Program-made: the position numbers and the translations under genes | Notes under the pieces: generated by a model | Databases searched by the model: none | Seen by the model: the letters and a program-made list of their open reading frames with translations, nothing else | What the model was told of the DNA's origin: nothing | In this document: piece after piece, positions 1 through 8,924 of the stretch | Position numbering within the stretch: the stretch's first letter is position 1 | How the letters are laid out: each line of letters begins with the position of its first letter | DNA from: Candidatus Eiseniibacteriota bacterium | GTDB lineage: Bacteria > Eisenbacteria > RBG-16-71-46 > CAZAMP01 | Assembly (NCBI GenBank): GCA_965224245.1 | Contig: OZ245046.1 | Location: forward strand, 576,001 to 640,000 | Direction of reading: 5' to 3' | DNA: 64,000 nt

Positions 1-101
1 TCGCGATCGTCGATCGATCCGATCGTGAGGACGGCGAGCCCGCATACGAGCGGTGGCGAGCCGGGGTGAGGTCGCGCCTGGAAGCGAGTGCGAGAGTATG
101 A
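1..101 (+). CDS. C-terminal fragment of a DUF1702-family enediyne biosynthesis protein (E3/UnbL-like), truncated by the window edge
   Basis: The frame starting at nt 3 reads AIVDRSDREDGEPAYERWRAGVRSRLEASARV* with TGA at 99-101. 'PAYE.WR..I/V' resembles the C-terminus of DUF1702 proteins. The stop overlaps the PKS ATG at 98 (ATGA). Not in the ORF track. Confidence 0.7.
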   Translation, partial: AIVDRSDREDGEPAYERWRAGVRSRLEASARV

Positions 102-3100
102 GCCGGTCCTCGACGAGACCGCTCCAGCCCCGGGGCTCGACACCGGGCGGGGCGGCCATCGCGGTCGTGGGCATGGCCTGCCGTTACCCGGATGCGGACT
201 CTCCTCAGGCGCTCTGGGAGAACGTCCTCGCCCAGCGCCAGTCGTTCCGGCGCATGCCGCGCGAGCGCCTGGACCTCGACGACCACTACTCCGACGACCG
301 CGGGGCGCCCGACCGCACCTACGCCACCATGGCCGCCGTGCTGGAGGGCTATGCGTTCGATCGCGTCGCGCATCGCGTCGCCGGCTCGACCTATCGCTCG
401 GCCGACCTGGCACACTGGCTCGCCCTGGACGTGGCGACCGATGCGCTCGCGGACGCGGGCCTGCCCGCCGGGGACGGGCTTCCGCGCGATACCACCGGCG
501 TTCTGATCGGCAACTCCCTGACCGGCGAGTTCTCCCGCGCTGCGACGCTCCGGGTGCGGTGGCCGTACGTGAAGCGCGTGGTCGGCGCGGCACTCGCCGG
601 CGGCGGCTGGTCGGACGAGGACGTCTCGTCGTTCCTCCGCCGGCTGGAGGTGTCGTACAAGGCTCCGTTCGCCCCCGTCGGGGACGAGACGCTCGCCGGC
701 GGGCTCTCCAACACGATCGCCGGACGCATCTGCAACGCGTTCGACTTCAAGGGCGGTGGCTACACGGTCGACGGCGCCTGCAGCTCGTCGCTCCTGGCCA
801 TCGCCAACGCGTGCTCGGCGCTGACGGTGGGCGACCTCGACGCGGCGATCGTGGGGGGCGTGGACCTGAGCCTGGATCCGTTCGAGATCGTCGGGTTCGC
901 GAAGGTGGGCGCGCTCGCACCGGATCGGATGCGCGTCTACGATGCACGCTCCGCCGGATTCTGGCCGGGCGAGGGATCGGGCATGCTGGTCCTGATGCGG
1001 CTGGCGGACGCGATCGCGACCGGGCGGCGTGTCCTGGGCATCATCCGTGGCTGGGGCATCTCGTCCGACGGCACCGGCGGCATCACCCGGCCCGAGGTGG
1101 CCGGGCAGCGCCTGGCCATCGCGCGCGCCTACGCCCGTGCGGGCTACGGAATCGACACGCTCGGCTACGTCGAGGGGCACGGAACCGGAACCACGGTCGG
1201 CGACGCCACCGAGATCGACGTCCTCGGCGGCGCGCTGCGAGAGGCGGGGGCAGGGCGTCGCGTGGCCCTCGGCTCGATCAAGGCCAACATCGGGCACACG
1301 AAGGCGGCCGCCGGCGCCGCGGGCTTCCTGCGCGCGCTCCTGGCCGTGGGACACGGCATCGTGCCGCCGCACGCCGGCACACGTACGCCCCATCCGTCGC
1401 TCGAGGCCGGCGACGCGCCGCTCCGTCTTCCGAGAGAGCCGGAGGGTTGGGACGCCGCCTCGCGCCGCGCCGGCGTCAGCTCGATGGGCTTCGGCGGCAT
1501 CAACGTGCACATCACGCTGGAGGCAGACGGAAGCGACGCTCCGCGCGGGCGTCGCCTCGCGCCGCGTACCGCGCGACTCGCACGCACGCCGCAGGACGTC
1601 GAGCTGTTCGGGATCACCGCCCCGACCCGGGAGGCGCTCGGACGTCGGCTCGAGTCGCTGCGCTCGCAGTGCGAGACGCTCGCATTCTCCGAGCTACCCG
1701 ACCTTGCGGCCACGCTGGCGCGGGAAGCCGCACGGGGGCCGCACCGCGTCGCGTTGATCGCCGACTCGCCGGCCGAGCTCGCCCGCCGCATCGACGACTC
1801 GCTGGCACGGCTCTCGATGGACGGCCCGGTGGTGGACGGATCGGGTGGGCTCTTCATCGGGTCCGGACCCGCACCGCGCATCGGCTTTCTCTTTCCGGGA
1901 CAGGGCTCGCCGTCCCGGCCCGACGGCGGCTCGGTGCGCCGGCGCTTCGAGCGCGCGGCGGCCCTCTACGAGCGCGTGGGCAGAGACGGGCTGTTCCCCG
2001 CCGTCGAGGATCCCACCGACACCGCCCTGGCACAGCCGGCCATCCTCGCGGCGACGCTGGTCACGCTCGAGGTGCTGGATGCGGTCGGGGTGCGGGCACG
2101 CGCCGCGCTCGGGCACAGCCTGGGCGAGATCGCGGCGCTGGCGTGGGGGGGCGCGCTGTCGCACGAGGGTGCGCTCCGACTGTCGGCGGCGCGCGGGCGC
2201 GCAATGGCGAGCGTGCCCGGACCCGCCGGCGCGATGGCGTCGATCGCCGCGTCTCCGGAGGACGTCGCCGCGTGGCTCGCGGAGCTCGATCTCGCGGCCG
2301 GCGCCACCGGCGACGCCACGGCACCCGGAGCGGTGCCGGATCGGGGAGGCGCCGTAGGTCACGGGGTCGTCATTGCCGGCTACAATGGTCCCGCGCGAAC
2401 CGTCGTGTCCGGTCCGAGCGAGGCGGTGGACGCGTTCGTCGAGCGGGTGACCGCACGCGGCGCCACCGCCACGCGGCTTCGCGTCTCGCACGCGTTTCAT
2501 TCCGGGCTGATGGCGCCCGCGAGCACCGGCCTCGCGGCGGCCATCGCCGCCGAGTCGTGGCGGCCGTGCTCGCGCGTGGTCGTGTCCACGGTCACCGGCG
2601 ACCGCGTTCCCGAGCGTGCGGACGTCGGCGACCTGCTGCGTCGCCAGCTCACCGAGCCGGTTCGGTTCTCCGATGCCCTTTCCGTGCTCGCGCGCGACGT
2701 GGATCTCCTGATCGAGGTCGGACCCGGGACGTCGCTCGCGACCCTGGCCGCAGCGCAGGTCTCGACACCGGTGGTGGCCACCGACGGATGTGGGGATTCG
2801 CTGCGCGGACTTCTGGGCGCGATCGGTGCGGCGTGGGCGCTCGGGGCATCCGTGGATCTCGAGTCGCTCTTCGGCGACCGCGCCGTGCGGCCGTTCGATG
2901 GGCATCGTCCCCACGCGTTTCTGGCGAACCCGTGTGAGTCCGCGCCCCGACCCGGTGCGCCGGACGGGTCGCCGGTCACGCCTTCCCACGCCGGGACGCT
3001 GCCCGCGCCCGCGATTCCGGCGGCGGCGAGTCCGCCGGGACACACCGGCGGGGGGGGCGCGACGCTCGACGAACGAGTCGATGATGCCCGCGATGAAGGG

Positions 3101-6100
3101 CTGCCGGACGAGAGCGGCACGGGTCCCGCTTCGGCCCTCGACGTGGTGCGCACGCTGGTCGCCACTCGCGCCGAGCTGCCGCTCGAGTCCATCGGCGAGG
3201 ACGATCACGTGCTCGACGACCTCCGGCTCAACTCCATCGTCGTGGGTGAGATCGTCACCAACGCCGCGCGCCGCCTCGGACTCGACGCCCCGACGGCGCC
3301 GGCCGAGTTCGCCGACTCGACCGTCGGCGAGATCGCGGCCGCCCTGGCGGCGCTTCTGGAAGACGGTCCGCGCGGACGCGATCGATCGCTCGGGCTCGCG
3401 CCGGACGACGAGATCCCCGAGGGCGTCTCGACGTGGTTTCGGACCTTCGCCACCGAGTGGGTCGAGGCGCCGGCGCCCGCGAGCGCCCCGCTACCGGACG
3501 TCCGGTGGGAGGTGCTGGGGGACCCGACCGATGGGCTGGTGGCCGAGCTCACCGCGCGTCTCGGAGAGGCCGGCTCCGGCGATGCCGAGGCACCCGGTGG
3601 AACGCTCGTCGTCCTTCCGGCACGGGTGTCCGACGACGACGTCGTCGCCGCCGTGGATGCGGCCGGCGCGCACCTCGGACGCGGAGGAACGCACTTCGTT
3701 CTGGTCCAGCGCGCGGACACGCTGGCGAGCCTCGCCCGGACGCTCCACCTCGAGGACCGGCGGGTCACGACCCGCATCGTCACCGTGCCCGACGGCTCGC
3801 CCCGCTCCGCCCGCGCGATCCTGGCGGAGATCGCCGGAGACGGGCAAATCGTCGAGGCGCGCTACGAGTCCGATGGGCGCCGGGTCGTTCCCGTTCTCGG
3901 GCACGTTCCGATCGGGCGCGATGGAGCGAGCGCCGATGGGTCCGGCACGGTCGAGCCGGCCGCCGGGCTCGGTGCCGACGACGTCCTGCTCGTGACCGGC
4001 GGAGGCAAAGGCATCGCCGCCGAGTGCGCGCTCGCGATCGCCGCCAAGACCCGGACCGCGCTGCTGCTGATCGGACGCTCGGATCCGGCACACGACCCCG
4101 TGCTCGCGGGAAACCTGGCGCGGATCGCCGGCGCCGGGTGTCGCGCACACTACGCGCGCGCCGACGTCACCGACCCGGCGGCGGTCGCGAACGCGGTGGC
4201 CGAGGGAGCCCGCGTGCTCGGCCCGATCACGGGCGTCCTTCACGGGGCGGGGCGAAACGAGCCGTCGCGGATTCGCATGCTCGATCGAGACCGGGTGCTC
4301 GCGACGCTCGCCCCGAAGACGCGGGGCCTCGAGCACGTGCTCGCGTCCGTGGACCCCTCGTCGCTTCGGCTGCTGGTGACGTTCGGATCGATCATCGCCA
4401 CCGCCGGTCTGGCCGGAGAGGCCGACTATGCGATCGCCAACGAGCGCCTGGCGGCGATGACCGCGGCGTTCGGGCACGCCAATCCGACGTGTCGCTGCGT
4501 GTGTCTGGGATGGTCCATCTGGTCGGGAACCGGAATGGGAGAGCGTCTGGGCCGCGTCGAGACGCTCGCGCGTCAGGGGGTCGTTGCGATCACGCCCGAC
4601 GCCGGAGTCGACGTCCTCGGGCGTATCCTGCGAGCACCGGCGCTTCCCACGCACCTCGTGGTGACCGGCCGGTTCGGAGACCCGCCGACCGTTCGAACCG
4701 AGCCCGGCGAGCTGCCGCTCCGGCGTTTCCTGGAGCGGCCGCGTGTGCACGTCCCCGGCGTCGAGCTCGTCGCCGACGCGACCGTCGATCCCGCGCACGA
4801 TCCGTATCTGGACGACCACGTTCTCGACGGGGTCCGGGTGTTCCCCGCCGTGATGGGCCTCGAGGCGATGGCCCAGGTCGCGATGGCGCTGGCGAGGCGC
4901 GACGACCCGCCGGCCTTCCACGACGTCCGGTTCGATCGTGCCGTGACGATTCCCGAGACGGGTGCGACGTTGCGGATCGCCGCACTCGCGGACGTCGACG
5001 GCGCACACCCGGGCGCGGGTGTGATTCGTGTCGTCGTCAGGTCCTCCGAGACGTCGTACGCCGTCGATCACTTCACCGCACGCTGCCGGTTCACCGACGC
5101 GCCGCCGCCCGACGTGGATCCGATCGCGAACGGACGCCCGGCCCGGTTCGATCTCGGGGATCGTCTGTACCGCGAGATCCTGTTCCAGCGCGGTCGCTTC
5201 GCCCGCGCCGGAGGGTACGACGACGTGCAGGCGCGACGTTGCGTCGGCCGGCTCACGGCCGCGCCGCCGGTCGGCTGGTTCGGTGCGTTTCTGCCCCAGG
5301 CGCTCGTGCTGGGCGATCCCGGCCGTCGCGATGCCATGCTCCACGGGATCCAGGTCAGCGTTCCGCACCGCCGGCTGCTTCCGGTGTCGGCGACCGAGAT
5401 CGTGTTCCGGCCGTGCGGCGGCGCCGCGGAGCCCGGCGCGCCTCGGAGCGCATCGGACGCGGCGGTGTTCCGGGCGGTCGAGACCGCGCACCGGGGGGCC
5501 GACTACACCTACGACGTCGACGCCGGCGAGGAGCGCGGAGTCGTCGTCGAGTGCTGGCGCGGACTCGTCTTCCGGGCCGTGGGCCCGATACCCCTGCCCG
5601 AGACGTGGCCCCGCCCCTTGCTCGGCTCGTATCTCGAGCGGCGGATCGCCGAGACGTGGCCCGACCGCGTCTCGCACGTCGCGGTGGATCGATCCGGGAC
5701 GTCGACCGAGGACATCCTGCGCGCCGCGATCGCGGCGTCGACACACGTGCACCGGCGGCCCGACGGGAAGCCCGTGCTGTCGAACGGGACGCCGGTGGCG
5801 ATCTCGACGCACGGTCCGCTCGCGCTCGCGGTCGTCGCGGCCGATCCGGCACCGGTCGGGTGTGACGTCGAGGCGGTCGTCCCGCGTGACCGAGACGCCT
5901 GGCGGGCGCTCGTCGGGGATCGCGGCTGCGAGGTCGCGGAGCTCGTGTCCATGCGTGTCCCGGAGCCGTTCGACGCGGCGGCGACGCGCGTGTGGTGCAT
6001 CAAGGAGTCCGTGCGCAAGGCGGGGGGAACCTGGAATGAGGTGCTGAGCGTGACGTCGGTCGACGATGCCGCCTGGGTTCGCTTCAGGGCCGGATCGTTC

Positions 6101-6235
6101 CAGGTGGCGACGCTGCGCGTCGTGCTGGAGCCGGACCCGGATCTCGATGCGGGCGGCACAGGGTGCGGCGGTCCGATGATCGTCGCGGTGCTCGTCGAAG
6201 AACGCGGCTCGGAGGCGGCGCGTGAAGGCGTATGA
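98..6235 (+). CDS. pksE: Enediyne iterative type I polyketide synthase (KS-AT-ACP-KR-DH-PPTase)
   Basis: KS: GGGYTVDGACSSS, EGHGTGT, GHTKAAAG. AT: GHSLG and HAFHS (malonyl-type). Central ACP: DDLRLNSIVVGEIV. KR: TGGGKGI...DYAIAN. DH: YLDDHVLDGVRVFPAVMGLEAMAQ. C-terminal PPTase: GCDVE...WCIKESVRK. This domain order is diagnostic of PksE. Start moved from 53 to ATG 98 because of the ATGA coupling. Confidence 0.95.
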   Translation: MSRSSTRPLQPRGSTPGGAAIAVVGMACRYPDADSPQALWENVLAQRQSFRRMPRERLDLDDHYSDDRGAPDRTYATMAAVLEGYAFDRVAHRVAGSTYRSADLAHWLALDVATDALADAGLPAGDGLPRDTTGVLIGNSLTGEFSRAATLRVRWPYVKRVVGAALAGGGWSDEDVSSFLRRLEVSYKAPFAPVGDETLAGGLSNTIAGRICNAFDFKGGGYTVDGACSSSLLAIANACSALTVGDLDAAIVGGVDLSLDPFEIVGFAKVGALAPDRMRVYDARSAGFWPGEGSGMLVLMRLADAIATGRRVLGIIRGWGISSDGTGGITRPEVAGQRLAIARAYARAGYGIDTLGYVEGHGTGTTVGDATEIDVLGGALREAGAGRRVALGSIKANIGHTKAAAGAAGFLRALLAVGHGIVPPHAGTRTPHPSLEAGDAPLRLPREPEGWDAASRRAGVSSMGFGGINVHITLEADGSDAPRGRRLAPRTARLARTPQDVELFGITAPTREALGRRLESLRSQCETLAFSELPDLAATLAREAARGPHRVALIADSPAELARRIDDSLARLSMDGPVVDGSGGLFIGSGPAPRIGFLFPGQGSPSRPDGGSVRRRFERAAALYERVGRDGLFPAVEDPTDTALAQPAILAATLVTLEVLDAVGVRARAALGHSLGEIAALAWGGALSHEGALRLSAARGRAMASVPGPAGAMASIAASPEDVAAWLAELDLAAGATGDATAPGAVPDRGGAVGHGVVIAGYNGPARTVVSGPSEAVDAFVERVTARGATATRLRVSHAFHSGLMAPASTGLAAAIAAESWRPCSRVVVSTVTGDRVPERADVGDLLRRQLTEPVRFSDALSVLARDVDLLIEVGPGTSLATLAAAQVSTPVVATDGCGDSLRGLLGAIGAAWALGASVDLESLFGDRAVRPFDGHRPHAFLANPCESAPRPGAPDGSPVTPSHAGTLPAPAIPAAASPPGHTGGGGATLDERVDDARDEGLPDESGTGPASALDVVRTLVATRAELPLESIGEDDHVLDDLRLNSIVVGEIVTNAARRLGLDAPTAPAEFADSTVGEIAAALAALLEDGPRGRDRSLGLAPDDEIPEGVSTWFRTFATEWVEAPAPASAPLPDVRWEVLGDPTDGLVAELTARLGEAGSGDAEAPGGTLVVLPARVSDDDVVAAVDAAGAHLGRGGTHFVLVQRADTLASLARTLHLEDRRVTTRIVTVPDGSPRSARAILAEIAGDGQIVEARYESDGRRVVPVLGHVPIGRDGASADGSGTVEPAAGLGADDVLLVTGGGKGIAAECALAIAAKTRTALLLIGRSDPAHDPVLAGNLARIAGAGCRAHYARADVTDPAAVANAVAEGARVLGPITGVLHGAGRNEPSRIRMLDRDRVLATLAPKTRGLEHVLASVDPSSLRLLVTFGSIIATAGLAGEADYAIANERLAAMTAAFGHANPTCRCVCLGWSIWSGTGMGERLGRVETLARQGVVAITPDAGVDVLGRILRAPALPTHLVVTGRFGDPPTVRTEPGELPLRRFLERPRVHVPGVELVADATVDPAHDPYLDDHVLDGVRVFPAVMGLEAMAQVAMALARRDDPPAFHDVRFDRAVTIPETGATLRIAALADVDGAHPGAGVIRVVVRSSETSYAVDHFTARCRFTDAPPPDVDPIANGRPARFDLGDRLYREILFQRGRFARAGGYDDVQARRCVGRLTAAPPVGWFGAFLPQALVLGDPGRRDAMLHGIQVSVPHRRLLPVSATEIVFRPCGGAAEPGAPRSASDAAVFRAVETAHRGADYTYDVDAGEERGVVVECWRGLVFRAVGPIPLPETWPRPLLGSYLERRIAETWPDRVSHVAVDRSGTSTEDILRAAIAASTHVHRRPDGKPVLSNGTPVAISTHGPLALAVVAADPAPVGCDVEAVVPRDRDAWRALVGDRGCEVAELVSMRVPEPFDAAATRVWCIKESVRKAGGTWNEVLSVTSVDDAAWVRFRAGSFQVATLRVVLEPDPDLDAGGTGCGGPMIVAVLVEERGSEAAREGV

Positions 6236-6647
6236 GTACCGGCACCTCGTCGGCTTCGCGGAGACGAACGTCGTGGGGAACGTCTACTTCTCCCACCACG
6301 TCGCCTGGCAGGGGCGCTGTCGCGAGGCGTTCCTCCGCGAGCACTGTCCGTCGTTGCTCGACGAGCTCACGTCGGGGCTCGCGCTGGTCACGCTCAGCTG
6401 CCGTTGCGAGTACGTGTCCGAGGTGCTCGCGCTCGAAGAGGTGATCGTGCGCATGACCCTCGCGGAGTCGTCGCAGAACCGCGTCGCGATGCGGTTCGAC
6501 TACGTGGTCGTGCGGGATGGCACCGAGCGGATCGTGGCCCGCGGCGGGCAGGAGATCGCGTGCATGCGCCGGACCGCCGGCGGCCTCGAGGCCACGAGCG
6601 TTCCCGTCGAGCTGTCCCGGGCGCTGGAGCCGTACCGCTCGCGCTGA
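6222..6647 (+). CDS. Enediyne hot-dog-fold thioesterase (E10; SgcE10/CalE7/DynE7-like)
   Basis: YEYRHLVGFAETNVVGNVYF...WQGRCRE.FL motif; overlaps the 3' end of pksE, as in enediyne cassettes. Confidence 0.93.
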   Translation: MKAYEYRHLVGFAETNVVGNVYFSHHVAWQGRCREAFLREHCPSLLDELTSGLALVTLSCRCEYVSEVLALEEVIVRMTLAESSQNRVAMRFDYVVVRDGTERIVARGGQEIACMRRTAGGLEATSVPVELSRALEPYRSR

Positions 6648-6671
6648 CGAGCCGAGCTCCGCCGAACGACG

Positions 6672-7652
6672 TCAGTCCACCGGTGCGCCGGCGACGATGA
6701 GTCGGTCCACGGCCGACGTCACGTCGCGGAGCGCGACCGCGCCCGCCCCTCGGCCATCCGGCGCCACGATCGCGAGCGTCCCCGTTCGACGATGAAACCA
6801 CTCACCGACGCGCCCTGCTGCCCGTCCGTCCCAGTTGCCGAAGATCACGACGGTCGGACGATCCGACATCTGGGCCACGTGTCCGGGGGCGCAGTCGTTC
6901 GTGACCACGACGTCGCTGGCGCGGACGACCGCGGCGATCGTCGACAGCGGGGCCGAGCACACCGTCGATGAGATGCTCCCGAGCTCGGACGCGGCGATCT
7001 GGCCGGCCATGTGCGCCTCTCGAGGTCCGAGCACGAACACGAAGCGGATCCCGGGCTCCGTCGCCCGCCGATCCGCGCCGTACGCGAGGAACCGCTCGAG
7101 TCCCCAGTGCTTGCGGTCCTCGGAGCCGCACGGCATCAGGCAGTGGAGCGGACCCGCCGTGGGCGACGTCCACGAGCTCCTGCGGGCCAGCGCATCCACC
7201 GAGACCGGGATGCCGGCCCGGGGCACCGGGACCCCGAGGGGCTCGAGGACGTCCAGGAACGCGAGCGCCCGGTAGCGACTCTTGTCGAGCGGAACGGTGT
7301 GCGTGAAGAACAGGGCGTTGACTCGATGTGCGAACGCGACCCGCACGCGCGCACCGGTGAGGGCGAGCGGAATGTGGGTGCGCAGCGACTTGCGCCGGAA
7401 CGAGACCACCGCGTCTGGACGGCCGGCGACGAGTCGTCGCGTGAGCGCGATCGGGTCTCTCGTGTACACGTGATGCTCGTGGGCCACGCCGGCCTCCACG
7501 AGCGCCGCGCCGACCGTCGTCGTGGAGTGAAGCGTCACGTGGCACTCGGGATGGCGTTCGCGCAGGGCGTGGAGCATCGGCAGGTGCATGGACACCGCCC
7601 CCAGAAAGGGGCGGTTCTGCAGGACGACGGCGACGCGTCGGAGCCGCGTCAT
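6672..7652 (-). CDS. Glycosyltransferase family 9 (ADP-heptose:LPS heptosyltransferase-like)
   Basis: N-terminal 'LGAVSMHLPMLHALRERHP', 'KHWGLERF' and 'VVTNDCAPGHVA' match GT9 motifs. GAGGAG precedes ATG 7652. Confidence 0.8.
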   Translation of the reverse strand: MTRLRRVAVVLQNRPFLGAVSMHLPMLHALRERHPECHVTLHSTTTVGAALVEAGVAHEHHVYTRDPIALTRRLVAGRPDAVVSFRRKSLRTHIPLALTGARVRVAFAHRVNALFFTHTVPLDKSRYRALAFLDVLEPLGVPVPRAGIPVSVDALARRSSWTSPTAGPLHCLMPCGSEDRKHWGLERFLAYGADRRATEPGIRFVFVLGPREAHMAGQIAASELGSISSTVCSAPLSTIAAVVRASDVVVTNDCAPGHVAQMSDRPTVVIFGNWDGRAAGRVGEWFHRRTGTLAIVAPDGRGAGAVALRDVTSAVDRLIVAGAPVD

Positions 7653-7783
7653 GGCACTCCTCGATGATCCCGCCGGGCCGCGGGACGGTCGATGTGACGA
7701 TGTGATCGGAGCAAGCCGCCCGATGGTGGCATCTGCCGGTCGTCCCGGCAATCGCCCTGTCTCCGTGGCGCCGTCATCCGGGC

Positions 7784-7817
7784 AAACGAAGAGCCCCGGC
7801 GCGGTGGGCGCCGGGGC
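7784..7817 (-). terminator. Intrinsic terminator of the 7858-8574 gene
   Basis: Perfect 10-bp stem GCCCCGGCGC/GCGCCGGGGC (7793-7817), followed on the minus strand by TCTTCGTTT. Confidence 0.6.
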
Positions 7818-7857
7818 CGGCATCAGCGCTCTCCGAACCGGGGAGAGCCCGGACGGA

Positions 7858-8574
7858 TCAGTGGTCGTAGAGCGCCTTGATCGAGCCCCACGACGACTCG
7901 ATCGTGGGCGTGCCGATGACGCGGTTGCCGATGAACACCTTGGCGACGTCGCCTTCGATGAGGTCCACCGAGATGCACTCGCCCGTGGTCGACTCCCAGC
8001 CGTCCATCAACGTCTCGCAGACCTCGTAGACGCCGGGATCGATGAAGAACCAGCAGGCCACGCCGTCGGCGTCGGTGAGCTTGCACTCGAGGTCCTCGGG
8101 ACCGGTGCCGCACATCTCCCAGCCCGGAAGGAGCTCCTCGTCGCCCTTGTCGTACACGCCGTCGCCGTCCTCGTCGTGGATCTTGAACACACAAAGGCCA
8201 CCGGCCGCGACGAGATACCCGATCGCGCGCTCGGCGGACAGGACGGCACCGGTGCGGTAGTACTCGGCACGGTAGCGATAGACGCCCCACTCCGCGTCCG
8301 TCGGAATCCCCCACGTCATGTCGTGCGACATCTCGGTGGTCGATTCCCACGAGTAGACCGTCTCACCGGACGGGCTCATCACCCAGATTCGCAGCAGCTC
8401 GGGAGAGGTCCCATCGGGGTGGACGACGGCGCTGGCCTCGATCACGCCACCGGGGGCGAGATCGGCCGGGATGTGGCCGCTCGTGTCGACCTCGATCCAC
8501 GGCCGGGCAGTGGCCGCCGTCGCCGCTACGGAGAGTATCGAGAACGCGAGACCCAGGTTCCGATGCAAGCCCAT
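7858..8574 (-). CDS. Secreted protein with an SdrD-B/Cna-like Ig domain and a C-terminal SWGxIKxLY motif
   Basis: Signal peptide; 'KIHDEDGDGVYDKGDEELLPGW...TDADG...PGVYEVCE' is SdrD_B-like; ends TIESSWGSIKALYDH; GGGGAGG RBS. Confidence 0.75.
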   Translation of the reverse strand: MGLHRNLGLAFSILSVAATAATARPWIEVDTSGHIPADLAPGGVIEASAVVHPDGTSPELLRIWVMSPSGETVYSWESTTEMSHDMTWGIPTDAEWGVYRYRAEYYRTGAVLSAERAIGYLVAAGGLCVFKIHDEDGDGVYDKGDEELLPGWEMCGTGPEDLECKLTDADGVACWFFIDPGVYEVCETLMDGWESTTGECISVDLIEGDVAKVFIGNRVIGTPTIESSWGSIKALYDH

Positions 8575-8736
8575 CGCAGCCTCCCCAGATGAATGCCGGC
8601 GGACCGACGAACGATCCGCGCCGACCGGCCGTGAAACCGCCGACCATGCACTCCGTCTCGTGCACGGCGAAGATCCGACGCCTGCATCATGGATTCTAGT
8701 CCCGGGCCTGCGATCCTCGTAATGGTTTCTTCACAA

Positions 8737-8895
8737 ACGTCGGCGAACGCGGGTGAGATATGGACTTTTGAATGTACTCACGTGGCGGCCATCTCGGCCA
8801 GTCGTTTCGATTGTCGGCTCCGGTGGCGTGAGCCGGGTCCGACAACGCGCTGACCGAATGGCCGTCCATGGATTGTGGTTCATCGAGACCGACGT
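8737..8895 (-). ncRNA. Candidate structured RNA (long nested rod with a central AT-rich bubble); family not identified
   Basis: Nested pairings on the minus strand: ACGTCGGT/GCCGACGT, GAAC/GTTC, CGGCCAT/ATGGCCG, TCGGTCAG/CTGGCCGA, TTGTCGG/CCGACAA, CCGG/CCGG. Two G-U pairs favour the minus strand. Confidence 0.35.
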
Positions 8896-8924
8896 GGATG
8901 TCGGTGGCAAGCCTCGCGCCGGCG

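Noticed and set aside
88-5865. Long alternative-frame and antisense ORFs over pksE (88-2937, 3433-5865, 3491-5812) and similar ones elsewhere (e.g. 13996-16446, 17513-19345, 61230-63485)
   Set aside because: Arg/Pro/Gly-rich shadow ORFs expected at this GC content; they have no motifs and overlap well-supported genes.
8776-8785. 10-mer ACTCACGTGG shared with the intergenic region at 40771-40780
   Set aside because: A single 10-bp match built on the common CACGTG palindrome can arise by chance, and the flanks do not align.
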